A stretch of DNA of 63,133 nt, the filler included, from Octopus bimaculoides (taxonomy: Eukaryota): assembly GCF_001194135.2 (NCBI RefSeq). It is 4 parts of 4 records of this genome, joined end to end, with 100 filler letters (N's around TTAATTAATTAA, not from the genome) between each part and the next. Parts side by side here need not be neighbours in the genome. Positions count along the whole stretch, not along the records: positions 1 to 25,110 come from NC_069000.1; 3 more parts are not named here. The stretch is one strand, 5' to 3'. Both the position numbers and the translations under genes were made by a program. Shown here one piece after another: positions 11,815-23,268 of the stretch; position 1 is the stretch's first letter, and each line of letters starts with the position of its first letter. The notes beneath the pieces were generated by a model that was not told where the DNA came from, did no database searches, and saw nothing but the letters and a program-made list of their open reading frames with translations.

Positions 11815-12290
11815 TTCAAAATATTTTCCAACCTTCTTTAAGAATATTAACTTTTTCCAGAACATATTCGGTGCATGATGAAAGGTCCCCCCGCCTCACG
11901 AACAGTTCTGTAAAGTCTAGACGCTTTGAAATTCACAAATTTTCCAAACAAAATATATGGTTGCACATCTCTGCTTACCAACTCACAAGAGAGCTTCTAT
12001 GATTTAAACTTTCGATAATTTCTAGACCTCAACAATACTCGCTTACTTTCTCCAGACATTTGCAAAATTTGTCAAAGTCACTTCTGATGAAAACCGTCGA
12101 AGTGTTTAACATGTCTTCAATAAAATCTCCATGTTTCTCTGCTCTACAACAAAATAGGCACAATACCTGTTTTGAACTAAATATTTGTTGTTGTCCATAT
12201 TTCGTTGCAATTTACTTGACAACTGTTCATCTATCTGCTTTTTGACCATTAAGATTTATCTGTCTGTTTCATATACGGTCGTTAAATATT
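11815..12290 (-). mobile_element. RTE-like LINE RT C-terminal fragment
   Basis: Minus-strand IVPILL*SRETWRFY*RHVKHFDGFHQK*L*QIL (cf. VLLYGAETW..Y.RH.K.L..FH..CLR.IL). Confidence 0.55.
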
Positions 12291-12486
12291 TACAGAAAAA
12301 TGTTTTCCGTAGCTTTAAGATATACTATTATATTAGGAGACACACGGGAGTTTCTAGAGCTGTGCTCATAAATAATAACCATTTTATCAAGATTTATTAT
12401 GAAGCCTAATACGTTACACGTCGTTTTATCGGTATGAGTTTCAAGATCTTTTCCATTATGCCCGTCGATATTACTTTTGGCAGTCT

Positions 12487-12706
12487 GGCAGCAAAACTGG
12501 CAGAATCGTAAGCACGCCGGGCGAAATGCTTAGTGGCGTTTCGCCTGTCTCTTTATGTTCTGAGTTCAAGTTGTACCGAGGCCGATTTTGCATTTCATCT
12601 TTTTCGTGTCAATAAAATAAGTACCATTTAAGCACTGCAGTCGATGTAATCATCTTACCCCGACCCCGAAATTGCTGGCCTTGTGCCAAAATTTGAAAAC
12701 GATATT
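12487..12706 (+). mobile_element. tRNA-derived SINE family B
   Basis: GGCAGAATCGTAAGCACGCCGGGCGAAATGC head, GAGTTCAAG B-box, TAAAATAAGTACCA body, GGCCTTGTGCCAAAATTTGAAA tail. Confidence 0.85.
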
Positions 12707-12979
12707 ACAGTCAACTACACACGAGAAGCCTCCTCTCAGAAATACAAATAAGGATGATCTATAAATAGGCTGTCTGAGATTGAATTGTTTACCAGTTGTG
12801 CGGTAACATACATAAATATTTTCACAACGATCGCAGAAAGCGACTGAATCATTTATGAAATATCTATTAAACAGAGTAGGGTCTGTTATATTACCCATCC
12901 CTGCTCCGCCACTGACTAAAAAATGCATCCCACGCCATTTAAAAACATGATCTTATATTATCATGAAGAAGCTGATAAT

Positions 12980-13430
12980 ATTTGGGAATTTACGAGGACA
13001 AAACCGGTCTTCTAAGAATTGTATATAAAATGTCATAGTGAATTGAATCAGAGGCTTTAGTGAGTCAACCGAACTAATTATAGAAATAATGCAATTCAAT
13101 TATTGATGACAAGCGAAATACGTCATTGGTTTTTCGTCCAATATGAATACCTGATTTAGACACTGGAAGAAAGGGTATATCACTGAGTTGGACGAATCAG
13201 TCAAGAAAATTTCTGGTCAAGATTTCCCCCATATAACTAAGGTGATAAGCGACACGTAATTTTCTGTATATGTCTTTACTATCTTTATTATTTTGTACAA
13301 AACGTTTGTTAAGGTAGCGTTCATATCTTGAAGAACTGTACGATTTGCTCGCAAGTTTCAGTTTGTGCGTATGTATGCACAAGCACTCAGTTCTGAGTGC
13401 ACTGCACAATATAGCGGAAACAGCTGTAAG
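12980..13430 (+). mobile_element. Probable degenerate Penelope 3' end with pseudo-LTR
   Basis: Weak SSKNCI(Y) motif, then a hammerhead-like end TTGAAGA...GAAACAGCTGTA. Confidence 0.35.
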
Positions 13431-13472
13431 CTAATGAAGCTCATTGCATAATTAGCTATGTCGTTGCCATAT

Positions 13473-13505
<33 letters not shown>

Positions 13506-13511
<6 letters not shown>

Positions 13512-13945
13512 ATCGGTTTCAACTCCAAGGCATGGACATGCTGCGGAACCGCCGTTTCGCTACACTGTTATTATTGAGAGCCTTTTCTGATATGTGACAT
13601 TTGGTCAACAAGGGAGTTTGATGTCGCTGCCCTCATTAGCACCTCCTGCCACGTGGTAGTTTCATCTGGGACTCTCAAAAGGAACAGATCCTGTTTTGTT
13701 TTCAAACCACCTACATCCACCTTCAGTAGGTCCGTCAAGCTCTTTGGGAGAATAATAAAAAAAACTGTGGGCGCTTGGGACCCAGGCTGTTGCGATATTT
13801 GGCACTGTGCAGTGGTGACTCGTTCTGGTAGTTCTGTAGCTTTCAATGTCAAAATAAGGCACAATCCCTTCCAGGATCTTCCAGATATATATTAATGCAT
13901 ATCTCACCCGCCTTCTCGCCAGGGAGTAGAGTCTTAGCTGTTTCT
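13506..13945 (-). mobile_element. CR1-like LINE 3' end (ORF2 C-terminus plus 3' UTR)
   Basis: LRLYSLARRRVRYALIYIWKILEGIVP, then FFIILPKSLTDLLKVDVGGLKTKQDLFLLRVPDE. This matches the CR1 pattern SLxRRR..IYxWK..FNxLP..K.KLD..L..VPD. Confidence 0.8.
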
Positions 13946-14205
13946 ACCTTTCTCAGTAGCTTATTGTTGTGCCCTCGTTTGCGTTTCTTGCTGCGAGGTA
14001 GGCTCATCTGGAACTCCTGACAGGAGGAGGTCCAGTTTTATGTTTGAAGATGATTACATTCACCCCATGTGGGTCTCTCAGGCTTTGTGGAGGATACTGA
14101 AGAGAGTTGTGGGCCCTTAAAACCCAAGTTGTTGCAGTCCTGTATCCTGATGGCAATGTTGGAATTTTGGTACTATGCAGAGGCGCCCTGTTCTTCTGTC
14201 TGTAT
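13946..14205 (-). mobile_element. Second, diverged CR1-like 3' fragment directly upstream of the first
   Basis: RRTGRLCIVPKF...LGFKGPQLFSIL...KLDLLLSGVPDEPTSQQETQTRA, homologous to 13570-13830. Confidence 0.7.
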
Positions 14206-15029
14206 ACTTGTCAAAGATATAAATATAAACGTATATATATATATATATNNNNNNNNNNNNNNNNNNNNNNNNNNNNNNNNNNNNNNNNNNNNNNNNNNNN
14301 NNNNNNNNNNNNNNNNNNNNNNNNNNNNNNNNNNNNNNNNNNNNNNNNNNNNNNNNNNNNNNNNNNNNNNNNNNNNNNNNNNNNNNNNNNNNNNNNNNNN
14401 NNNNNNNNNNNNNNNNNNNNNNNNNNNNNNNNNNNNNNNNNNNNNNNNNNNNNNNNNNNNNNNNNNNNNNNNNNNNNNNNNNNNNNNNNNNNNNNNNNNN
14501 NNNNNNNNNNNNNNNNNNNNNNNNNNNNNNNNNNNNNNNNNNNNNNNNNNNNNNNNNNNNNNNNNNNNNNNNNNNNNNNNNNNNNNNNNNNNNNNNNNNN
14601 NNNNNNNNNNNNNNNNNNNNNNNNNNNNNNNNNNNNNNNNNNNNNNNNNNNNNNNNNNNNNNNNNNNNNNNNNNNNNNNNNNNNNNNNNNNNNNNNNNNN
14701 NNNNNNNNNNNNNNNNNNNNNNNNNNNNNNNNNNNNNNNNNNNNNNNNNNNNNNNNNNNNNNNNNNNNNNNNNNNNNNNNNNNNNNNNNNNNNNNNNNNN
14801 NNNNNNNNNNNNNNNNNNNNNNNNNNNNNNNNNNNNNNNNNNNNNNNNNNNNNNNNNNNNNNNNNNNNNNNNNNNNNNNNNNNNNNNNNNNNNNNNNNNN
14901 NNNNNNNNNNNNNNNNNNNNNNNNNNNNNNNNNNNNNNNNNNNNNNCAGCAATAAATTTCATTTAAAATTTCGTTTCGAATCCTACTATCGGTAAGTGTT
15001 CTGTTGTTTTTCTCAAAATTGCATTTAAA

Positions 15030-15237
15030 TATTGGTTTCAAATTTTGGGGCAAGGACAGCTATTTCGCGGAAAGGGATGATAAGTCGATTACAACGACTT
15101 GGTACGTATTTTACCGACCCCGAAAGGATGAAAGGCAAAGTCCACCTCAGTGGCATTGGAACTCAGAAGGTAAAGTCGGAAGGAAAGCTGCTAAGCACTT
15201 TTCTGACGCAGTAACCACTCTGCCAGTTCGCAACCTT
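15030..15237 (-). mobile_element. SINE family B, copy 1 of a head-to-tail triplet
   Basis: CAAATTTTGGGGCAAGG tail, CGAAAGGATGAAAGGCAAAGTC body, CTGCCAGTTCGC head. Confidence 0.8.
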
Positions 15238-15240
15238 TTT

Positions 15241-15449
15241 CTCAAATTTTTGCACAAGGTTAGCAATTTCGGGGGAGGCTTAAGACAATTGCATCGACCT
15301 CGGTGTCCAACTGGTACTTATTTTTTCGACCACGAAGGGATGAACTCCAAAGTCAAACCCGGTAGAATTTGAACTCAGAACTTTCGGATGAACTGGTGTT
15401 AAGAATTTTTACCTCGTGTGCTGAAGATTCTGCCAGCTCATCCGCCTTA
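15241..15449 (-). mobile_element. SINE family B, copy 2 of triplet
   Basis: CAAATTTTTGCACAAGG, AACTGGTACTTATTT, GAATTTGAACTCAGAAC, TTCTGCCAGCTCATCCGCCTT. Confidence 0.8.
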
Positions 15450-15461
15450 ATGCTTTTAAAA

Positions 15462-15677
15462 ATTGATTTCCGAATCTGCCAATAGGCCAGCGACTTCGGG
15501 AGAGAGGTAAATCAATTACATCGACCCTTATGTTCAACTGGTACGTATTTTATCGAGACCGAATGCTTGAAAGGCAAGGTCAACCTTGGCAGAACTTGAA
15601 CTCAGAACGTACTGACAGACGAAACGCCGCTAAGCATTTTGTTCAACGTGCTAATGATTCTACTAATTCACAGCCTT
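15462..15677 (-). mobile_element. SINE family B, copy 3 of triplet
   Basis: AACTGGTACGTATTTTATCGA, TGAAAGGCAAGGTC, TGAACTCAGAACGT, CCGCTAAGCATTT. Confidence 0.8.
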
Positions 15678-16650
15678 ATCTTAATATATAAAACAGTTTG
15701 TGTGTGTGTGTGTGTGTGTGCGCGTGTGTGTGTGCGTGTATGTGTGTGTGCGTGCGTATGTTCCTTATGGATTCGAAAACAGAGTTTCTGATTTTGATGT
15801 ATGAGATATCAAAAGATTTATCAATCTTTCGGCTACTAAGTATATTTTTTGCACAACACTTTTTCATTACAAAATAACCTCGAAAACGACGTCGGGTCAC
15901 ACAATTTTGAGGTCTTTAGTTAAGGGAGGCATCTCTTCCTTAACAAATTTTATGTCTTAGATCATGAGAAAATGATTAAAATACATGGGGTTTTACCGGG
16001 GAATGAAACTTCGAAGATATACAGTCAAATTTATTGGTATTATTTAGTAGATAATCTTTTAATGTGAAGTATGTTTGTCTGCATTTTGTTTAGCTCTGAT
16101 GTAACAAACTCATCGCAATCTTTTTTCTCTTTTCCAGAAATACTGTAAATCTGTGTCTTTCTTTGATGAAAGGGTGTATTTTAAGGGAGATTTGGCTGCT
16201 ATTTGTAGTAGTTCAAGTTACTACAGACACACTTCTGTGTGTATGTTGTGGTGACAAAACAACTTTTTGTCAGAATATTTTGAACAATAATTTCTTAAGA
16301 AACCTGGGCATCATTCTTACTGTTAACCGTTAAACTTCAAATTACAATTGTTGGAAGTCAGTGAGATGTTCATTTAGTGTTATCGTATAGAGTAGAAGTC
16401 CAATACGTAGTTTTTAACTCGATATCTTGTGGTTACTAATCCATTACCTTAAATTTCGAGTCTTTAAACATTATTCACTTGGTTTAGTCTTTCGACTGTC
16501 ACCATGATGGGATAGCACCTAAAAAAATTTAATTGGTCATACTGACCTCAGTACGTATTTCTATCTGATATTCATTTTATAGGTCTCTGCTGGATGAAGT
16601 GCTAATCTTGTGACATAGTTGGGACACAATATTCGATTTAACAAATGTAA

Positions 16651-16716
<66 letters not shown>

Positions 16717-18294
16717 NNNNNNNNNNNNNNNNNNNNNNNNNNNNNNNNNNNNNNNNNNNNNNNNNNNNNNNNNNNNNNNNNNNNNNNNNNNNNNNNNNNN
16801 NNNNNNNNNNNNNNNNNNNNNNNNNNNNNNNNNNNNNNNNNNNNNNNNNNNNNNNNNNNNNNNNNNNNNNNNNNNNNNNNNNNNNNNNNNNNNNNNNNNN
16901 NNNNNNNNNNNNNNNNNNNNNNNNNNNNNNNNNNNNNNNNNNNNNNNNNNNNNNNNNNNNNNNNNNNNNNNNNNNNNNNNNNNNNNNNNNNNNNNNNNNN
17001 NNNNNNNNNNNNNNNNNNNNNNNNNNNNNNNNNNNNNNNNNNNNNNNNNNNNNNNNNNNNNNNNNNNNNNNNNNNNNNNNNNNNNNNNNNNNNNNNNNNN
17101 NNNNNNNNNNNNNNNNNNNNNNNNNNNNNNNNNNNNNNNNNNNNNNNNNNNNNNNNNNNNNNNNNNNNNNNNNNNNNNNNNNNNNNNNNNNNNNNNNNNN
17201 NNNNNNNNNNNNNNNNNNNNNNNNNNNNNNNNNNNNNNNNNNNNNNNNNNNNNNNNNNNNNNNNNNNNNNNNNNNNNNNNNNNNNNNNNNNNNNNNNNNN
17301 NNNNNNNNNNNNNNNNNNNNNNNNNNNNNNNNNNNNNNNNNNNNNNNNNNNNNNNNNNNNNNNNNNNNNNNNNNNNNNNNNNNNNNNNNNNNNNNNNNNN
17401 NNNNNNNNNNNNNNNNNNNNNNNNNNNNNNNNNNNNNNNNNNNNNNNNNNNNNNNNNNNNNNNNNNNNNNNNNNNNNNNNNNNNNNNNNNNNNNNNNNNN
17501 NNNNNNNNNNNNNNNNNNNNNNNNNNNNNNNNNNNNNNNNNNNNNNNNNNNNNNNNNNNNNNNNNNNNNNNNNNNNNNNNNNNNNNNNNNNNNNNNNNNN
17601 NNGTTATATATATATATATATATATATATCATAGGAAGTCATGTTGAATACCATACAGATAAATTTTGGGTCATTTGAAAATATCTCTGGAGGAGAAGGC
17701 AAATGGCTCGCCTGTAGCAGTAGGGACAGATTCCAAGTGAGAAGTTACAAATATGAAGGACTCTCTAAATATGACATGCTCTTTGAAAAAAAAAAAATCA
17801 AGCTACAGCACAATTGGAAATACATGTTTGTGTCTCAATTAGGGTAGTTACCACAACAGTTGTACCACCTGTTTCCAGTGGACATCACAATTACACAACA
17901 CTCACACACACAAACACACACACACACACAAACCCTACACACACAAACACCCTGCACACACATCCTACATACACACACATACATATTTATACACATATAA
18001 TATATCATAAGGGTAGGGAATTCGCATATTTTCAAGGAAAATGCGCTAATAGAAATAATAACTTGGCTACCAGCAAGGCTAGAATATTAAAAGGAAACTT
18101 TAGAATTTATTTCGGAATGTATTTAATGCTCATATATTTATTCTTTCTTGTTCAAATGAATGTCATCAACCACTTTGATTTATTTCTCATAATAAATTAT
18201 CGTTTTAATTTATGCAAATTACCTACTTCATAAAGTATGAAATATTTTTATGTATATATATTATAGTTCTATATTTAAGAGATGAGGAATTATT

Positions 18295-18388
18295 TACATT
18301 ATTTACATTATTTACATTTGTCGGTGGTGTTAACAACAAACAAGATGAGGACAAATATACGACAAATGTAAATAATGTAAATAATGTA
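18295..18388. repeat. Perfect 29-bp inverted repeat with a 36-bp spacer
   Basis: TACATTATTTACATTATTTACATTTGTCG (18295-18323) and its exact reverse complement (18360-18388). Confidence 0.95.
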
Positions 18389-18796
18389 TATATATTATGT
18401 TTGCTTGAGAAATGGTAGAACTACAATGCTTCTTATATATGTAGCGGGTGAAAGGCATATATTCATAGTTTTCCTATTGTCTCTAACCAATGAGATTTTT
18501 TTCTTAATAGCTGATCAGTTTTGGAGATATTTTGATACTTGATGTTATTTCACCAAACATTTATAGTTATCCCCCAACTGCTATCAGGTGATTGATTTAC
18601 CTTCTCTGGAAGCAGGAGTTATTTCATAAAATCAGCAATTTTTTCATGTTTGATATTTATTAAACTTTAATTCGACATTGTGGTTCAATGCCACTAGACA
18701 CTTTGACATATTTTTCTTAGTTCAGTCACATCTATCTATCTATCTATCTATCTATCCATATATAGATGAATACATACACATATATACATACATACA

Positions 18797-18847
<51 letters not shown>

Positions 18848-19757
18848 NNNNNNNNNNNNNNNNNNNNNNNNNNNNNNNNNNNNNNNNNNNNNNNNNNNNN
18901 NNNNNNNNNNNNNNNNNNNNNNNNNNNNNNNNNNNNNNNNNNNNNNNNNNNNNNNNNNNNNNNNNNNNNNNNNNNNNNNNNNNNNNNNNNNNNNNNNNNN
19001 NNNNNNNNNNNNNNNNNNNNNNNNNNNNNNNNNNNNNNNNNNNNNNNNNNNNNNNNNNNNNNNNNNNNNNNNNNNNNNNNNNNNNNNNNNNNNNNNNNNN
19101 NNNNNNNNNNNNNNNNNNNNNNNNNNNNNNNNNNNNNNNNNNNNNNNNNNNNNNNNNNNNNNNNNNNNNNNNNNNNNNNNNNNNNNNNNNNNNNNNNNNN
19201 NNNNNNNNNNNNNNNNNNNNNNNNNNNNNNNNNNNNNNNNNNNNNNNNNNNNNNNNNNNNNNNNNNNNNNNNNNNNNNNNNNNNNNNNNNNNNNNNNNNN
19301 NNNNNNNNNNNNNNNNNNNNNNNNNNNNNNNNNNNNNNNNNNNNNNNNNNNNNNNNNNNNNNNNNNNNNNNNNNNNNNNNNNNNNNNNNNNNNNNNNNNN
19401 NNNNNNNNNNNNNNNNNNNNNNNNNNNNNNNNNNNNNNNNNNNNNNNNNNNNNNNNNNNNNNNNNNNNNNNNNNNNNNNNNNNNNNNNNNNNNNNNNNNN
19501 NNNNNNNNNNNNNNNNNNNNNNNNNNNNNNNNNNNNNNNNNNNNNNNNNNNNNNNNNNNNNNNNNNNNNNNNNNNNNNNNNNNNNNNNNNNNNNNNNNNN
19601 NNNNNNNNNNNNNNNNNNNNNNNNNNNNNNNNNNNNNNNNNNNNNNNNNNNNNNNNNNNNNNNNNNNNNNNNNNNNNNNNNNNNNNNNNNNNNNNNNNNN
19701 NNNNNNNNNNNNNNNNNNNNNNNNNNNNNNNNNNNNNNNNNNNNNNNNNNNNNNNNN

Positions 19758-19790
<33 letters not shown>

Positions 19791-20740
19791 TACACACATA
19801 TATATATAAATATATACATATATATACACACACAGAGATATGCATATATATCTAGCAAGCAAAACTATCGTCAAATTTCATCGATAAAATTTTAACACTT
19901 TAACTACAGCCTTTGATAGAATCTAGTAATGCAAGTGACTGCATTGCTTACACATGGCCTGTCGTCTAATTACTAAAAGTTTTCAAAGACTGAAGGAATT
20001 TTACACCTTACACCCACGCACACACTTGCGTGCATACTCACACGTATGCCCACACACATATATTCACACATATTCATATCCACACACACGCCTCCACACA
20101 CACACACACAGACACACACACGCATAAACACACATATACACACATACATACATACACAGAATACCAACATTGAGAAATGGGAAGTCGCTCTAGTCGACTA
20201 AAAAAAATCCCTGTGAACGTAAGGCACCGCCCCCTATCGTCATATCTGCATTTCATTGGTCTACTACAGGCGCCAATCAAATGTTTAGGGACCACTTTTA
20301 CTGTCGCTTTCTTCTTACCCTTTAAAACAGGGAGCTAATAATGTAAAAGGGGCGGATTAGTGTTGGATTTTGTCAGTCAGTGGTGTTTAGAGTACATGTG
20401 AATGTATGTGGTGGTTGCGGTGATGATATTGGTAATGGTGCTTCACATGTTTATGAAGTTGGATGTACTGATGAGCGTGGTTGTGGTGGTGGGGTTTCAC
20501 ATATGGGTATGCTAGTGATAGTGACAGTGATGGTATTTCCCATAGTGACAGGATTTAGGCGCGGCGGCGAATGGCGGCGGCGGTAATGTTTCACATGGTG
20601 GAATTCGCTGTGAAGATGATGGTAGTAGAGATGCTGTCTAACATGTGACTAGGCGACACTGTAGCTAGATATTCGCATATTAGTGTATTGAATTGTTGTG
20701 ATGGTGGTGGTGGTGGTGGTGGTGGTAGTATTAATAATAA

Positions 20741-20955
20741 GGCGACGAGCTGGCAGAAAATTTTGCACGTCGGACGAACTGCTTAGCAACATTTCGTCCG
20801 TCTTTAAGTTCTGAGTTCAAATTCTACAGAGGTCGACATACCTTACATCTTTCCGGGGTCGATAAATTAAGTACCAGTTGAGCACTGGGGTCGATATCAT
20901 CGACTTGCACCCTCTCTCGAAATTGATGGCCTTGTGCGAAAATTTGAAATCAACA
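20741..20955 (+). mobile_element. tRNA-derived SINE family B
   Basis: GGCGACGAGCTGGCAGAAA head, GAGTTCAAATT B-box, GGGGTCGATAAATTAAGTACCAG body, GGCCTTGTGCGAAAATTTGAAA tail. Confidence 0.88.
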
Positions 20956-21575
20956 ATATATGGTGGAGGTTGTGTTGGCGTTGGTGATAATGGTTGCCTT
21001 TTGGTGTTGTTATTGTTTTGCCCCTAACTAGTCTTGGTTGAGCAGTTATTGCCAATAACGTTCAAGATACATGCATCCCGTATTTCTGTATAACTTGGGC
21101 TGTTGTGTCTTAAAATGTGTCCTTCCTTCTCAAATATAACAACATAATTAAAGCGAGAGTTGACTGATATTTCTAGCATAGATGTGTATGTCCTATGTTT
21201 CTGTCAAACTCCGAGAGATGTATTTCAAAATGTGCCCTTCCCATCACAAACATGATACCGTCATTTTGAACGAGAGTAGTATTGGTGTAGGCGCTGGTTG
21301 GTGGTCCTCCATTAGTAATTAATTATATAGAATCACTTATATAATTAATAATACTGAGAGAATTACAAAGGATGAATTAACCGATACCACACCCTGTACA
21401 TTCACACGCATCCACACATTAGTTATAAAGATACATGCGACTAAATGGTTATATACATATTTACAGACCTAAGTGTATTGATATCTATGTTAGAAAATAT
21501 GAGTGTGTGTGTACATGTATGAATGCATATACTGTATATATACATATATGTATATACATGCCAAATTATATACAC

Positions 21576-21617
<42 letters not shown>

Positions 21618-21816
21618 NNNNNNNNNNNNNNNNNNNNNNNNNNNNNNNNNNNNNNNNNNNNNNNNNNNNNNNNNNNNNNNNNNNNNNNNNNNNNNNNCTC
21701 CTATGTAGTACATTGTTTATTCACATTATACAGACACTCATTCATACGAAAGGATTAATCAGTATAAAATGCTGACATGTTCCAGATCACCTCCGCGCCG
21801 GTGTCCATGACATGTG

Positions 21817-21860
<44 letters not shown>

Positions 21861-22059
21861 ATATATATATATATATGCATATATACATACACACACAGAG
21901 ACATATATATATATATAGACACACATATATATATGCATAGCTACACACATACACACACACACGCTTACATATGTATGTGTATAAATGTGTATGTGTCTGT
22001 ATGTTTGTGTGTGTAAATATACCGATATTATCCATTTATATCCATTAATATCCACATAT

Positions 22060-22116
22060 AAAGGCGATACTCCTCCATGGCCGCTGTCAAATGACTAAAA
22101 CAAGTAAAAGAATAAA
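22060..22116 (+). mobile_element. SINE family A 3' tail only
   Basis: AAGGCGATACTCCTCCATGGCCGCTGTCAAATGACTAAAACAAGTAAAAGAATAAAA. Confidence 0.7.
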
Positions 22117-22249
22117 ATATACATACATACATATATACATACATACATACATACATACATACATACATACAATATATACATGTTTCATACATACATACAT
22201 ACATACATACATACATACATAGAGTATATATATGCATACATAGAAAAAT

Positions 22250-22385
22250 ACAACTGGCACTCTCTCGGTTACAACGACGAGGGTTCTAATTGATCTAATC
22301 AACAGAAAACTCCGCTGGTACGTGTTACCTTAACGTAGTTCTCAGGCTGGCCCTTTGAAATACAGGTCCTACTTATTTTTTGCCA
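22250..22385 (-). mobile_element. Interspersed repeat (SINE family C) fragment
   Basis: TCGGTTACAACGACGAGGGTTCTAATTGATCTAATCAACAGAA is homologous to 42495-42545. Orientation is inferred from the 42485 copy. Confidence 0.55.
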
Positions 22386-22392
22386 ACTATAC

Positions 22393-22485
<93 letters not shown>

Positions 22486-22784
22486 NNNNNNNNNNNNNNN
22501 NNNNNNNNNNNNNNNNNNNNNNNNNNNNNNNNNNNNNNNNNNNNNNNNNNNNNNNNNNNNNNNNNNNNNNNNNNNNNNNNNNNNNNNNNNNNNNNNNNNN
22601 NNNNNNNNNNNNNNNNNNNNNNNNNNNNNNNNNNNNNNNNNNNNNNNNNNNNNNNNNNNNNNNNNNNNNNNNNNNNNNNNNNNNNNNNNNNNNNNNNNNN
22701 NNNNNNNNNNNNNNNNNNNNNNNNNNNNNNNNNNNNNNNNNNNNNNNNNNNNNNNNNNNNNNNNNNNNNNNNNNNNNNNNNNNN

Positions 22785-22840
<56 letters not shown>

Positions 22841-23268
22841 TTGATTTTGCCAATCTTCTCTTGATGAAGGTGGCCGAACTTGCAATGTCTCTATGTGACC
22901 GGTACCGGTTACATGCCTATGACTTTTTTTTTTAGATATTTCATATGCAGATTATGGTTGTTATGATTATTACATAATTCTGAGTTTCCTGAAACAGCTG
23001 TCAAGTTAAGAAATTACATATTATATTCATATTTTTTCTGTATCTTTCTTGATCTATATGAATATATTTGAGTGTATACATATGTCAAGCCTGATTATGC
23101 TTGCTTGCTTTACTATCTCTATATGAGTTCATGTTGAATTTCTCTAACCACTCTTGACGCCTTCGGCCTCGCCCGGGATGAAAATTCCGAAGTTTCCAAA
23201 TTCATTAGAGCACTACTGTATGTTTTCAATACTAAGCATTACTATCTTTCGCCTATTGCGTGTATATA

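Noticed and set aside
12085-12105. CTGATGAAAACCGTCGAAG as a hammerhead
   Set aside because: It is the antisense of RTE coding sequence (DGFHQK) and has no stem II.
12975-13230. pogo/Tigger-like DKTGL motif
   Set aside because: A single short motif with no other DDE support. A Penelope origin fits the downstream end better.
22893-22914. 22-bp near-perfect palindrome ATGTGACCGGTACCGGTTACAT
   Set aside because: Isolated, and lies in probable repeat-derived sequence. No further support.
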